This document shows, one piece after another, positions 43,723 through 64,000 of a DNA stretch of 64,000 nucleotides; position 1 is the stretch's first letter; every line of letters starts with the position of its first letter. The DNA comes from the human T2T-CHM13v2.0 reference genome, Homo sapiens: assembly GCF_009914755.1 (NCBI RefSeq), contig NC_060932.1, one strand, 5' to 3'. The notes beneath the pieces are model-generated. The model did no database searches. It was not told the DNA's origin and saw only the letters and a list, made by a program, of their open reading frames with translations. A program made the position numbers and the translations under genes.

Positions 43723-44606
43723 GAATAGCTTAGTTACACCATGCTTTAGCATCTAATTTTGCTATGAAGTTTCTGGTAGTCAAAGAGAAAAGCAAGTCAA
43801 GCTCAATTGCATGTTTACTGTCATAAAGGAAAAAGCAAGCCAGTTTATCACAGGAGAAAACAAGCCTTCCTTAGAAGTATGTTCTAAAATAAAATTTTCA
43901 AGAGGGATTACTGAGAACTGTAGTAGAAACCATGTCCCCTACAATGCTCCTGTAACAAAATAATAGAAAAATTTATATGGCAGTTTCTTAAAACATTTGT
44001 TGATAAAAGCCAAGGATATAGCATTAATGTAATTTAGCAAAGATGATTCCATTAAGGATACTACTGTCTGAATTCAGAATTTTCTGGTGGTAGGATTTGG
44101 AGCTAAGTTTAGAAAAATGAGGATTTTTCTAGGTTTAGAAGCAGGGTGAAGTCATGCAAGGAGGAAAAACAATATGATGTCCAGTTTAGTGTGATTTCCC
44201 TGGTACCTATGTGTGTGGAGGGAGGAATGGAGAGAAAGTCGGTCGGTGAACAAACCTTTATTGAGTGCCTCCTCTGTGTCAGGTCCTGTGCAAGCTTCTG
44301 GTATATGAGAATGACTAGGACAAAGTCCCTACCCTCAAAGAGATTACATTCTAGTGTGTAGGTCTAGTGAAGGGGTGGAAACTAGAATAATAAAGTTGGG
44401 AACAAATAAGTAAGTAATCTCACATGAGTGCTGATCATTATGATAAAGAGAACAGGGTAAAGTAAAGTACCTGGGGTGGAGGACTGCTTAAGCTGGGACC
44501 TTCAGGAGACAGCATTATAAGTACCGGCTGAAGCGCTTTTTCAGACAGAAAACGTAGCAAATTTTAAAGACAGAAAACAAGATGGATTTTCTTTTGAGAA
44601 TAATGA

Positions 44607-44947
<341 letters not shown>

Positions 44948-45338
44948 TAAATTTTTAAAAGCTCACTTTGGCTGAGATGTGGAAGATGGAGCAGATGGAT
45001 ATTGAGAGAGAAAAATGGTGGCAGAAATGCCAGTTGGGAAGCTACTTGGAGAGTCCAGGGGACATGATGGCAGCTTGGACTAGGGTTGTACATATTTTGG
45101 AAATAAAACAAATGTGGGGTATGAATGAGAGATTTTTGTATCAGGAAAGAAAGAAGAGTACGTGGATCAAGTTACAAGTATGTTATTGGGTTTGGTGATA
45201 AGGAAATTGATTAGTTATCTTTTGTGTCTATTTTTAACGTAATGCAGAAGGCAAGACTATCACCTAGTAATGATGAAAAGAGTAGATGATAGAGATTTAA
45301 TCAAGGATGATGCATAGTCGTGTTGCCGAAGCAAGTAG

Positions 45339-45678
<340 letters not shown>

Positions 45679-46835
45679 ACCTTTTTTTAAAATAGGCACA
45701 TTTAAACTTAAACAAGACACGGAAATGGGGGAGTAGGGAAATAAGTAGTTCTGTTTTGACCAAGTTAAGTTTGAAATGACTACTGGACATCCAAGTGGCA
45801 GTGGCGATAGAAGTCAGGAGCTCAGCTGAGAAGGCAAGAATAAACTGAAAATTAAGGGGAATCTAAAAGATTTTAAATAAATACAGAGAATATATTTTTA
45901 AAATATGCTAATAACATTTTCAAATGTACCTCTGTTTTCTTTTATCTTTGCAGACAAAGATTCTCTTTAAAACCCTGAGTCCGTTCATTCATCTGGGCAA
46001 AAAAGTACAATAAATAAATATTTTCCCTGTTTCCTCTTTTTCCAAGATTCAGAGCATACATACAAAAGCCTTGAGACTGGAAAGATTATTTGGAAGTTGG
46101 GCAGAAGAGCAGGTCACAAATAGACTAAGAAAGAGAAGCCATGTTAACAGGAGGAATACCAGATAAGACAGAGGGCTTCCAGATTTATTGGTGTGATAAA
46201 TGTAAAAACACTGTCACAGAGTCTGGGGAAGAAAGTCTTTCAAGAAGAAAGGAATGGTCAATCACGCAAAAATACTGCTGAGAGGGTGAGTAAAATAGGA
46301 AGCGAGCATTGACCACTGGCTTTGGAGAAATTTAAGTCATTGGTGATCTTGGCTAGTATTTTAGAGAAGTGGTAGGAAGAAAAGCCCAATTGGTGTGGGA
46401 GGAGTGAAAAATAAGAGGTGAAGAAGCGGAGACAGCCGGGAATACAAGTCTTTTAGGTAGGTCTGCTGTGAAAAGAAATAGAGACATACGGTGGCAGCTG
46501 AAGGGACACGAGATCATGGAGGATCTTTTCCAATGATGGGTGATATTAAGCTATGTGTATATATAGATAGCAATGACCCAGTGAGTGGAAACTGATGACG
46601 TAATAGAAAAATTATATACCTTTAGAAGCGTGGTCCTTAGGAAGGGAGAGAGAACAGAACAGAGAATTCTATAGAAATTGAATGATGGAAAGAGGAGATG
46701 AGAGAAATTTAAGGAGATGTCAAGTAATCATCTTAAAGAGTAAAAAGGCAAATGTACTACAGCAAAGGAGGATTACCCAAGAGTGTTGCATGCTCATTTG
46801 ATATTTGTGGATTTAAATAAAAAAACAATTGAAGG

Positions 46836-47168
<333 letters not shown>

Positions 47169-48714
47169 AAAACAATTGAGGTATTATGAAGGAGGGCTCA
47201 ATGTCTTCTTTACTTCAGTCACTCATTTCCTAAACTCATATCTTGAGTTCCCTACATCTATTCTACCTATGAAATTTAAACTCCAATATCCCACTCTCTA
47301 ACCACAGTCTTTTATCATTCAAGTTTTCATCCACTTGGTACCAATATACCATGTATCTATTTAATGTCACAATGACCTTGTCATCTTCATTTCTCTTGGG
47401 CTATTGGGTCTCATTCAGGCTTTATTTCTCTTTATGTGTTGCTTAGATTCCATAGTTCATTACTTCAGTCATTTTCTCTGTAATGTCTTAACTTTAATTT
47501 CCTTAACCTATTGTCCATTCGTTGTGCACATTCTACAGAATTCAAGATGAGCCAAGTGATCTGCCTTTTCTATTCTTACACCTGTGCTGTAGGGCGAAGC
47601 AAGGAGAAGAAAGAAAAAATATATGAATGCTGCCACACACATCCATGGTTTGTCAATGCCCAGCCATCCTTGGTGTGCATTCTTAGTGAGTTTCTACTCC
47701 AATTCTTCCTGAGTGATTACATTTTCATCACATTTCTGAAGGTTTTGCCACTTCTGCCATCACAATTTGAAGGTAACATAGCCTTATTTATGATAGAGAA
47801 GACAGAAGTAATCAGAGGAGAACCTTTATAAATTGTCGTTCCCCTCCATCAACTTTACTCTCCTTCCTTGTTTCCTTTCTGCTTCAATAGAAGTGACAGC
47901 TCGAGTCCCATTCTATTTTAATTTCCTCCTTGAATGTTTTGCCTCCCCTATATTGTCCCTGATGGTTTTGTTTGTGATAAACACCTAATTCAAACTAACG
48001 TAGGCAAATGAACCCCAAGGATAGGGCTGGCTTTAACCACAACTAGTTCCAAGAGTTCAAATTCGGTTTTCAGGACTTTGCCTTTTTCTTGTCCCCTCTG
48101 AGCTTTTCTTTCCTCCATCCCTCAGCACAAGGAAGGTCACCTCCAGGTGGGTGGTAAAGATTGCCACCAGCAATTCTAACTTTTGTTGTCTTTACAAATA
48201 ATGACACCACATGAAATAAAATTTCATTTTCTTGGTAACTGAAACAAAAGTACCAAGAAGGACTCTGATTGCCAAACCTGAGTCACACATCCACCTCATC
48301 ACCAAGAAAATGGTCAGCCACCGTGGGTCAAGTGCTCATCCCAGGACTCAGAGAGTGGAGAGGGAAGTGGGGACATGTGAGCGACAGCCTTACCAGGTGG
48401 GAAAGTAGCATTTCTTGAGCAAAAATATGCTCAACAGACAAAACCTTATCGTATTTACACTGCATATCCCTTACTGGCCTTCCTAAGAGTTGAACTCATG
48501 AAGCAGCCCTTCTCATTCCCGTATCTTCAAACTCTTCTACTGACATTGCCATTTGTTATATAATAATAATAATGCTTAACACAAATGCCTGGCACATAAG
48601 TGTTCAGTAAGTGTCAGTAGTAGGAATAGTAATAATGATAATAACACCAACTGCTGTCCCAGCTTAAGCAAATTCTTAGGATCCTCCTCTGCCTTCCCTC
48701 TCCCTCCATCCCCC

Positions 48715-49336
48715 TGTGAAAGGAAAGTAAATCTCCGGACTCCAAAATCACCAAGCCCAGGGGAAAAGTCAAGATGGGAACCGCATTGGGCAAACCTGCC
48801 TCCCATTCTGTTCCTGAATAAGACAGCTACACAGATTAAAAAAAAGAAAAAAAGAAAAGCTACATACCTCCCTCACAATTCACCCACAAGGAAGTTCCTT
48901 CTGGACCAAAGACAGAACTCGAAGTCATCCCTCTCCTCACATGAGACAAATGCATATCTGATTGCTTCCTTTGCCCTATTGCTTGACTAAGCCAGACGAA
49001 GGCATAAGTGACTATTCCTGTAAATTGTGTATTCAGTGAAAACGCTAATCAGAAACTCAAAAGAATGTATTTTGTCTACCTATGACCTGGAAGCCCACGC
49101 TCCACTTCAAATTGTCCCGCCTTTCCAGGTTGAACCAACGTGCATTTTACAAACATTAATGTTTCATGTTTCCCTAAAATGTATAAAACCAAGCTGTGCC
49201 CTGACCACCTTGAACCCATGTCATCAGGACCTCCTGATGCCTCCACAGGCATGTCCTTAACCTTGGCAAAATAAACCTTCGGCAAAATAAACCTTCAAAA
49301 TTGACTGAGACTTGTCTCAGATACCTGGAGTTCACA
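48715..49336 (+). mobile_element. MER4A-like ERV1 solo LTR
   Basis: tgtgaaaggaaagtaaatc ... cctaaaatgtataaaaccaagctgtgccctgaccacc ... ttcaca; TSD cccc/ccca; 16-bp tandem duplication ggcaaaataaaccttc. Confidence 0.85.
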
Positions 49337-49358
49337 CCCATCTTCCCTGCTAATCATC

Positions 49359-49744
49359 TGTATTGGTGTATTAATGCTGCTATAACAAAATACCACAAAC
49401 TGAGTAATTTATAAACAACAGAATCTGGAGGCTGGTAAGTCCAAGATTAAGGCACTGGCAGGTTTGACATCCAATGAGGGCCTGATTTTTACTTCCAAGA
49501 AGGTGCCTTGTTGTTGTGTCCTCTGGAGGGGACAAACATTGTGTTCTCAAGTGGTGGCAGGGATGGAAGACAAAAAAAGGGGGCCAAACTCAGGCCCTTT
49601 TATAACAGTACTAACCCAACCCATGAGGGTGAAGCCCTCATGGCCTAATCACTTTCTAGGGGGCCCCTCCTCTTAATACTACTGTGCTGGGGATTAAGTT
49701 TCAACATGAATTTGAAAAGGGACACAAGTATTGAAACCATAGCA
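49359..49744 (-). mobile_element. MST (MSTC/D-like) MaLR LTR
   Basis: tgtatt...gctgctataacaaaataccacaaactg...gccctcatggcctaatcac...aaaccatagca. Confidence 0.85.
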
Positions 49745-50769
49745 GCATAACTATGTCTGTCCTTCCCCAACATCCACTTCCTCAGCTTACTACAGTCTGT
49801 CTTGCCCCTGTACCACTTCCCTGACACATCACCAATAGCCTTCACCAACCCAAGTCAGATAGATACTTTCCCAATTTGATTTCACTGAACACCTTCAGTT
49901 TTTGATACTATTGACAATTATATTCTTGTGACTTTCCTCCCTTCCTTTTGTAACTCTTTTCAAACAGCTTTCCTCCTTAGCATTATTCTTGTCTACCTTA
50001 ATGGCTACTTCCTGATTTCCACCGTGAATATGACTCTAATGATTTCCAACATCAGCCCCGTCTCTTTACTGAGATGGAGTTCTCTGTAATACAACTTCCT
50101 ATTGAAGAGTTCCATTTGGATGTCCCACAGGCACCTAAAGCAAAGCATTTAAAAAACTGAATTTATCATTTCCCACAGCCTATAACAAAAAATAAGTTCC
50201 CTTAATTATATTTCCTAATTTTATTGAATGGCTCTTTAAACACCTATAACTGCTAAAGCCGCAGGATTGGGAGTTATATTTTTCTCTCCCTCGCAATATC
50301 CAGAATCAAATTTAGTAAATGCTTTCTTCTAAGAATCAAATCTACTCACTTCAAATGCCACTTCTCTAATTCAGCCCATGTCATCTCTTGCCCGCATTAT
50401 TGTCAATGATCCATAACCAAATCCTCTACCTCTCCTGCAAATCACTCGCCGTATCTTTACTAAAGCAATTGTTTTCATTAAAAGCAAATCTGGTCACATT
50501 GTTCTTTAGTGGCTTCCTATGGCATCAGTCAGATCTAGTCTTCTTGCATAGGAGACCGAAAGTTCTGGCTGGCCAAATTTAAGGGACAGTTTATTTGCGT
50601 GTAGCTTCTAGAACAAAGATATTCATGTCTTTAACCTCTTCACTTTCCCAGTGCCCAAGAGAACCTCATAAACTTGACATCAACAGGCTTAGCAATAAGC
50701 CATATTCATGAATAGTCAGGGAAAGTTACAGCTCTTTCTAAAGGGGTGGGAGGGGTCTCAGTAATTTAG

Positions 50770-51165
50770 GGGAGGAAAGTCTTTACCTTCTGGTATTCAC
50801 ATCTTTATGTAATCCCCTCCCCTTGAGTATGGGGAATCACTTCTGAATTAGTTATAAATCGACTGTAGCTCTGACTTAGGTACACTCTCTTGGGTCCTCA
50901 TTCTGGGGGAAGCCAGCTGCCAGGTCCTGAGGCAGTCCTGTGGAGAAGGCCACGTGACTGAGCTTGGCTATAGATTCTCCCATAGCTTTGAGATGACTGC
51001 AGCCCTGGCCAGCATCTTGACTGTAGCCTGTAAGAGATCTTAAACCAGAACCACTCTGCTAAGCCACTCTCAGGTTCCTGACCCACAGAAACTGTAAGAT
51101 AAGAAATGCTTGTATTTCCAACTATTATATTTTGGAGTACTTTATTATGCAGTGGTAGATAATGC
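50770..51165 (+). mobile_element. MLT1 (E/F-like) LTR
   Basis: tgtaatcccctccccttgagt...ttcctgacccacagaaactgtaagataa...gcagtggtagataa. Confidence 0.75.
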
Positions 51166-52069
51166 AAAGTCTAAGGCGGAGGGCATCTCACTGCAAAAAT
51201 ACTGAAAAAGAAGAAAATTTAATAAAAATAAGAATCTCAAATAGATGCAATTAGATTTCTTTAAAAGATTCACTGTAAGTACAAATTTGGATTTAAAAGT
51301 TCACTAGAAACTAAAAACTTATGGTTGTGGTAAGAACTAAATTGATGGCACAAGACTGAAAGGGATAAATAATTCTCAACATACAACACAGAGTAAAAAC
51401 AAACAAAAATTACAAATCATGAGGGAAATTGTGAAAGACTTGGAAGGCAAACCTAAGAAAACTATTATGCAAATGAAATTTTCAGGAACCAACAGAACAA
51501 ACAGAGAAGTAAGAATAAAGGAAAACATAAGAAAAAAAATGTTCTCAAGTATAAAAATACAAAAAGTTATATTGAATGGGAGCAGAGTCTCAAGTAGGAT
51601 TGAGGGGGAAAGATACATACAAGATTTCTGAACTTCTTTGGTTTTAAAAGCATTGTATAAACTTCCGGCCAAAAAGAGCAGAATACTCTAAAGAAAAGTG
51701 GATTCAACTTATCCTCTGTAGTATCAGCAGCTAATAGATAGTGAGCAATCATTTTAGGCTACCAAGGGAACAGTGCTTAATCGAAAAGTCCTATGCATGC
51801 TGAAGACATAATTCTTGACATTTACACATTTTCGAGCTCTCAGAAAGCATACCGTCCACATATCCTATGAAAAGAAAGCACTTCAGGAAGTAACCTAACC
51901 ACAAAGACACAAAAAAATCAGAATAAAAGATCTTAAATCAGAAAATAGAGAAGCAAAACAGTATAAGAAACACTGGTGAGAACTGAATTTTGTAGTACCT
52001 GTGGCTACATCGAAAGAAATGACTGTAAAATTTCTTGATGTTAAACATACGTATTAGGAGAGTAAGAAC

Positions 52070-54605
<2,536 letters not shown>

Positions 54606-54652
54606 AAGAAAAACACAGACTAAAGAAACAAACAAACAAGCAAACAAAACTA

Positions 54653-55365
<713 letters not shown>

Positions 55366-56412
55366 GCTGGGTGCAGCAGAGAGAGCTACAAGTTGAGAAT
55401 ACGAACATCCAAAGGTCTTGTATTGATGTAGGGGAAATGGCACTGCAGATGAGTAAAACATGTTGGCAAAAGAGCACAGTTAATATTTATTATTAGTTTT
55501 TATGCTAGTAGTAAGTTTGAGGTTTACACATAGATTCAAGATGATAACATAACCACTATGGTTGATGAGGTGTGATAGAAATTATAACTGGAGGAAGGCA
55601 GAAGGGAGTGAAAAGAAAAAATATCAAACTAGCAAAAATAAGGAAAACAGGCAAGAGGAAACAACTCTAAACTTTAGGTAATAAACATTAAATATAATCA
55701 AACTGAACTTGTTTCACCAAAAAGCGTGAATGGGGTAAATTCTCTATTAAAACATGAAGTGTCACATTAGGAAGGAACAGAAACAAAATCTAGTTATATA
55801 TTGTTTGCAAGAGTCAGAAAAAACTAAAGGGATGGGTGAGATTTCTATTTCTGAAATTTATGATGGACTGGATTCCTGGAAAAACCCTCCTGATGAAAAT
55901 AACAACAAACTTGTTTTTATATGAATCTCACAATTTGAAAATAAGAATTCCACAGAGGCCTAAAACAAGAGGAAAACAACAGCCTTAGGCAGTGGGGCTG
56001 AACGCTGGAGAGCTTAAAGAGCCATCTGAGGGCTCCTGCAGGCCAATAACCCCAGAGCCTCCCTGAGATCAGAAGTCCTAAAGGAGATTCCTGTATAAAG
56101 CAGGGGCCAGGGACCTTAAAAGGCTACATTCTCCGTGTAATGCTGAAGAATAAACCTATTATGCAGTACGCAAGAGGAAGGAGCTTGCCTCTCTTGATCT
56201 TGATTCTCATTGGAAGCAAACAAACAAACAAAATCTTCCTGGTAATTCACAACTGCAAGCCAGCCTTCCACGGTTTGAGACCTGAATTCATGGTCTCCAA
56301 TATGCTGAAATGAAATAAGAGTAAGCCTGAAATTCTACATCCATTGATGACTGCAGGGTGAGATTCCACTGAGAACCATACGATTGTCAACTTTAATGAT
56401 GTAAGAGTTCTA

Positions 56413-56752
<340 letters not shown>

Positions 56753-57167
56753 TTAACAAAGATTAAGATTCTGCTCCCTGGTAGAAAGGAGGCTTGGTAT
56801 GGAAATTCAGTTGACTTATTTTTAAAATCATTATATTTCTTACATGCCTGAGTTGTGGATTCAGATTTATATCTGCTGCTTTATTTAAAAAGGAAGACTA
56901 AAAATACATTAAGTATGCCCCTTGAGACAGTTGGAAAAATACACTGAAAATAAACATTAAGATAGTACGTATAGGAAATTAAAAAGATAAAGGGCAGAAC
57001 TGATTAAAAATAAAGAAAACAAAAATAGTAAAAGGGGTAATAGAACCAAAATCTCTTTTGTCTGCATAAATAGATAATTCCCATTACATCTCATTAATGA
57101 AAAATGTGAAAAAGCAAATACAAACATATCACTATTGAGAAAGAGAAAAGATATGCCCACAAATTCA

Positions 57168-57579
<412 letters not shown>

Positions 57580-57722
57580 TTAATAAAATTTTCTCAAAAG
57601 GACACAGAAAAGTTGAACAAATAACTGAAGAAAAATGAAGGCACCTAATTCGGTTAGTTTTGCAATAATAATTTCTACATTGTTTGAACTCTTTCTTTCA
57701 GCTCATAAAAAAGAAAGCTCTA

Positions 57723-58032
<310 letters not shown>

Positions 58033-58469
58033 TAAGGAAGCTCTCAATTCATTTTAAAAGCCAACAATTCTAATATCAAAACCTGACAGAGAAAAAAAAA
58101 CCTAACATAACTTAAATTTACTCAAGGATATACATGTAAAGATTATAAATAAAATATTAGACAAGCAAACCCTATAGTACATTAAAATAATAAAACACTA
58201 CGATGAGAAAAAGTTTATTCCAGGGTGTTAATATTAGGAAATTATTGGCAAAAAATGTATTACATCAACAAATTACATCAACAGAAATAATATTGACATG
58301 GTCTAAAAACGGTTTTGATAAAATCCAGTGGTAATTTCAAATAAAAACTCTAAGTAAAGTAGGAACAAAAGAAAAATATATAAAAGTGATACAGATTAAC
58401 AAAAAAGAAGAGCAAACATCCTATAGAAAGGTAACATATTAAAGCCATTAAAATTAAAATGAAAATTAA

Positions 58470-58903
<434 letters not shown>

Positions 58904-59147
58904 TAACATTGGAGGTCATTTGGGTTCAGCCCTTGACCTTGCTTCTTCTCTCTCTGTGTATTTACTTGATACAGTACTCACAGTAGTCTCACAGCTTTAC
59001 GTACCACCTGTTTTCCCTTTCCTGCCACATTTACATCTCCAGCCTAGACCTAATCCTTGAGCTCCAAGCTGTGATGATGTCCTCCTGCCCATGGAAACCA
59101 CTGCTTGGATGCCTAATATTGACACATCTCACACACCGGACCCCTGA

Positions 59148-59486
<339 letters not shown>

Positions 59487-60094
59487 TCTTTCCCATCTTA
59501 GTAAATGGCAGTTCATCCTTCTGGTTGCTGTGACCCAAAGCCTTAGAGTCACGCTGACTCTTCACTTCCATATTTGCCCTCTTAGAGGCGAATCTCAACA
59601 CAGCAGACAGAGTGATTCATGCAAGATATGAGTCAAAACCCTTCAATGGCTACACATCACTTGGACTAAAAGCCGTTTCCTTTTCATGGCCTATGTACTC
59701 CTGAATAATCTGGTCCTCGGTGGACAGAGCCCTCTTACGTCCTTGACTTCATCTACTCCTCCTTCATTCTGCATCTTCTACTCTGCTGCAGCCATGCTGG
59801 CCTTCCTTCCCCAGGGCCTTTGCACTGCCCATTCTTCCTGTCTGGCTTGTTCTATTGCTCTTTTTCCAATCCCTTGAGTTAAACTTGTAATTTCTAACAT
59901 TTAAAAACTTTCTGTTAAATATATTTAAAGTTATAATTTTATGTAATATTACTTTTTATACGGTTCCACATATTTTGACATAAATGTTATCATTATCCTT
60001 TAACTATAAGCATCTATTAATTTACTTGATTTCCCCTTAAAACCAAGACTTACTTAATAAGTTGTTCATCTTCACACATAGAGGATTTTTTAAA

Positions 60095-60341
60095 TTTTTT
60101 ATTTCTGTAGGTTTTTGGGGAACAGGTGGTGTTTGGTTACAAGAGTAAGTTGTTTAGTGGTGATTTGTGAGATTTTGGTGCACCCATACCCCGGACAGTA
60201 CACACTGAACCCAATTTGTAGTCTTTTATCCCTCACCCCCTTCCCACCCTCTCCCTTGAGTCCCCAAAGTCCATTGTGTCCTTCTTAGGCCTTTGCATCC
60301 TCGTAGCTTAGCTCCCACTTATCAGTGAGAACATAGGATAT
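60095..60341 (-). mobile_element. L1PB1-like 3' end
   Basis: ggtttttggggaacaggtggtgtttggttac...gtccccaaagtccattgtgtc; TSD-like acatagaggatttttt / acataggggatttttt. Confidence 0.85.
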
Positions 60342-61784
60342 CCAACATAGGGGATTTTTTTAAAAAAGTTATACCTTTGTGACTAATTTCTAATTTTACT
60401 GAGTAAACTACAATTTCTACTTTAATAAATTACAAGTTGCAAGTTCTCTAGGGAGATTTTTTTTTTTTTTCCTCTCCAGAGCCTCAGCAGAAACCATGCA
60501 TGTCCTTGATCTCCTCCTGGGTGAATTCGGCCCTCCCCAAGCCTGGCTTGTGTGAGAGAGCTCACTTATTCCTCCAGCCTCTGCCCCCAAGGCAGCTGTG
60601 GCAACAGGCAAAACCGCTCTGGTTTTCAGTACCCCTTTAATTCTTAGCACCTGATTACTTTCCCCTTTTATTCCTGCAAGCTCAGCTCAGTCTTGAAAGG
60701 GATGTTTGTAATATACTAAACAGCACTGTAAAGGTCTTGAAGTGGCAGGATTTTCAGGTAATCCTGTCTTCTGTGTTGCGTATAACTGGAAGAAATTCCA
60801 ACTACACAGATGGGCATAAAAGAAAAGTCTACTCCTGCCCAGGGCAGTCATCCCAGTCTCCAGTGCTAACCAGTGGGAACAGTGTGGTCTTTTTCCCAAC
60901 AGCCTTTTCCTTCATATTTTGCAGACCTGTGTGTTTCAGGGAGTGGTAATAGAAAGACCAGATCCAGTCCCAGCTCTGCCGCAAAAGACCTATGTGACTT
61001 TGAGAAAATTCACTGACTTCTGTAGGTCTAGTTTTCTCCCTCAAGGGTCATGAATAATAAGATGTATTAGTATTAGTAAGCTTATTTTTTCTTATATAGT
61101 CTGTTTTTTTGTTTTTGTTTTTATTCTCTCTTTTTTTTTTGGCTTCTGTACTTATTTCAGAAAGTAGATTGTGGTTAGTAACGTACAACTTTCCTGGAAT
61201 TAAAAAAGAAGAAAATATGAGGATTCAGACTATATCTAAGGTCTTATTTTATTTAGCACTAAAAGCCCTCTATGCTTATCTACACGAACAACCCTGATAA
61301 CCTACACAGGTACTTCCCAAACCTGCCTATGCTTCAGAATCACCTTCAAACACTTGATAAATATGCAGGTTTGTGTTCAAAATACAGTCCACTTGTTTTG
61401 AAAAAAAGAGCCCTTGAGGACTTTGACATGCAGCCAGCTGAGTGCTGAGCAAAGCTCTGGCTTTGGGGAGTGTGGCCTTGACAACTGCACAGGGGACTGC
61501 ACAAGGGCATTGTTTATGTCACTACTGAAGCCATTTTGCACTTGGATTGTGAAGTCCCCACACTGACCTTGGCCAAGAACCTTTCCCGCCCCTGGCCTCT
61601 GCTGCTGCTTCTACAAAAGGAAGGGTTGGATTTTCTTCCAACTTGGACATTCTACTAGTTCATCATCCAGTGCTCCCTTGTACTCAAACCTGTCCTATTT
61701 AGTAGAACATTTTTGCCTAGGGGTCGTCCTCTGCAGAATTGTGAGGTGACACTGTCTTTTACACCCTGAGTTCCCAGGGCATGG

Positions 61785-62667
61785 TTCTAATAGTCTCTTT
61801 TCTTAATAAAAGTAAACGAAATCACTAATATCCATATGTTACTTTTCTCCTACTGTGAACAGATTTAATTATTCCTTTGAGAAATCTCTGATTTCCAAAT
61901 CAATTCTGAAACCTTCTTGCCTAGGAAGAAAATATTTTGCTATCACATTTATTTTAAGGGGAGTGGTCCACCCTGCCTAGGGAGGTTCATATTTTCAAAG
62001 AGGCCCTTAGGCATGGACAATATTTAAGCCGATGAAATAAATTATTGGCAAAATTAAATATCTGCTTGGCTGATATATGGGATGTGGGGGAGCTCTGATG
62101 TGTTGCAACACATACTCCTTAAGTGACCACCCGTATTCCCTGCAGATAAGGAAAATTCTATTTGTATATTAATCTTGTGTCACTAACTAGTTCATTCAGA
62201 TATTCAAGCTACTTTGAGTGAGCCAGAGTCCCCTCTCCAGGGAGCTCACACTTTAAGGGAAAGACAGATATTTACAGTATAAGTGAGCCTGAGAGGCAGG
62301 ATCAAAATGTGGAGAAGAGGTGGAGACACCACACAGAAGCCGACCTTTGATTTCCTCTTGAAGGGCGTGGAGGAAGGTGTCAGGTAAAGAGAGTTAAGGG
62401 GAGGCAGGGAACGATTGGAGCTTAACAGAGGTGGCCAGTTTTAGCAGAAGGATGGGCTGTCACGTTTGAGAAGATGTCAGTTGGGTGTTCCCCAAGAGAC
62501 TGTCTACCCTGAGTGTTCAGAGGTTCGATGTCTTTTCAGGGAGTCTTTCTTCTAGTAGTCTCTTTTCTTAATAAAAGTAAACAAAAACACTTATATCCGT
62601 ATGTTACTTTTCTCCTACTGTGAACAGATTTAATTATTCCTTTGAGAAGTCTCTGATTCCCAAATCA
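61785..62667 (+). repeat. 118-bp dispersed direct repeat (61785-61902 and 62550-62667)
   Basis: 7 substitutions in 118 bp by manual alignment, no indels. Confidence 0.93.
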
Positions 62668-63284
62668 TTAAATAATTAGTGACCTGATTGAGCACTGTTT
62701 TGAGACTTATTTGCTACTTCTTAGACTACGAAATGAGAGAGGCTCAATTTCCTAACACTTACAAACCTTAGGGAAAGGACCAAGTTAATTCTGGCAAGGA
62801 CCTCACTATATTATAAGTGATTACTGAGGAAAGGCAAAGATCTGAAGAATAGTGATGTCTCTCCAATCGGCATAATCACAATGCACTTTTTTGGAGGGCT
62901 AGGGAGAGAATGCATGGATGTGGGGAGACTGGGCACCTGGTCATAGCCAATGTTTGGACACTGGGTTAGGAAAACTAGTCCATTTCTGCAACTTGGCCCA
63001 TTTTACAGAAGAGCAAACTGACTCAGAAACATGAAAGCTCACGTAAATATGACGTGTTTTCCCATTACATCACACACAGTGGACGGTAGAGTAATACAAA
63101 GGGTCTTTGCAGCTCTGTACTAGATGCTAAGAGAATGCATTCTATGCAACTTCAGAAAATACAGACTCCCAGATCCTATTCAGACTTAACCAACACAAAC
63201 ATTCAGAAGTGGGATCGAGGAATGTTTTCCTGTTTTAAGCTAGGGTGATTCTAATGAGTATCTCTGATTAAGAACCACTCTATT

Positions 63285-64000
63285 GAGTAAACAGACAACC
63301 TACAGAATGGGATAAAATTTTTGCAGACTATGCATCTGACAAAGGTCTAATATCCAGTATCTATAAGGAATTTAAATTTACAAGAAAAAAACCAAAACCC
63401 CATCAAAAAGTGGGCAAAGGACATGAGCAGACACTTCTCAGAAGAAGACATACACATGGTTAACAGTTATGTGAAAAAAAAGCTCAACATCACTGATCAT
63501 TAGAGAAATGCAAATCAAAACCACTTTGAGACACCATCTCACACCAGTCAGAGTGGCCATTATTAAAAAGTCAAGCAATAACAGATGTTGGCAAGCTTGT
63601 GGAGAAAAAGGAGTGCTTTACATTGTTGGTAGGATTGTAAATTAGTTCAACCATTGTGGAAGACAGTGTGGCGATTCCTCAAAGACCTAAAGATAGAAAT
63701 ACTATTCAATCCAACAATCCCATTATTGGGTACATACCCAACGGAATATAAATCATTCTATTATAAAGACACACACATGTGTATGTTTATTGTGGCACTA
63801 CTCACAATACCAAAGACATGGAATCAACTTAAATGTCCACCAATGATAGACTAAAGAAAATATGATACATATACACCATGGAATACTATGCAGCCATAAG
63901 AAAGAATGAGATCATGTCCTTTGCAGAAACATGGATGGAGCCAGAGGCCGTTATCCTTAGCACACTAATGCAGGAACAGGAAACCAAATACCACAATGTT
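63285..64000 (+). mobile_element. 5'-truncated L1PA ORF2 3' region, running off the window end
   Basis: agacaacctacagaatggg...WKTVWRFLKDLK..PTIPLLG..CMFIVALLTI..WNQ.KCP. Confidence 0.92.

Noticed and set aside
61785-61902. Duplicated unit as a snoRNA pair or LTR pair
   Set aside because: No box C (RUGAUGA) or evident H/ACA layout on either strand, and no TG..CA, PBS or PPT.

Overview
This window is human genomic DNA; a near-consensus AluYb8, a human-specific subfamily, sits at 8249-8547. It is mostly interspersed repeats (L1, L2, MIR, about 25 Alus, MaLR/ERV solo LTRs, Tigger/hAT fossils). I can support no intact protein-coding exon or RNA gene. The main non-repeat feature is an ancient, intronless, heavily decayed copy of a plasma-membrane Ca2+-ATPase (PMCA/ATP2B, closest to ATP2B1) at ~34.4-39.2 kb (+). 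It can be traced from TM1 to the calmodulin-binding tail and is interrupted by two old MLT LTRs and three Alus. Its 5' coding part is now a dense CpG island just downstream of a same-strand LTR, whereas the rest of the copy is AT-rich and CpG-depleted. Other notable items are a young chimeric Alu monomer with intact TSD, an Alu-tail (AGAAG)28 repeat, a cruciform-prone AT minisatellite, an LTR-split ORF, a three-level nested transposon and a 118-bp local duplication. Repeat subfamily names and protein comparisons are from recalled consensus sequences, not from a search, and boundaries without a cited TSD are approximate.
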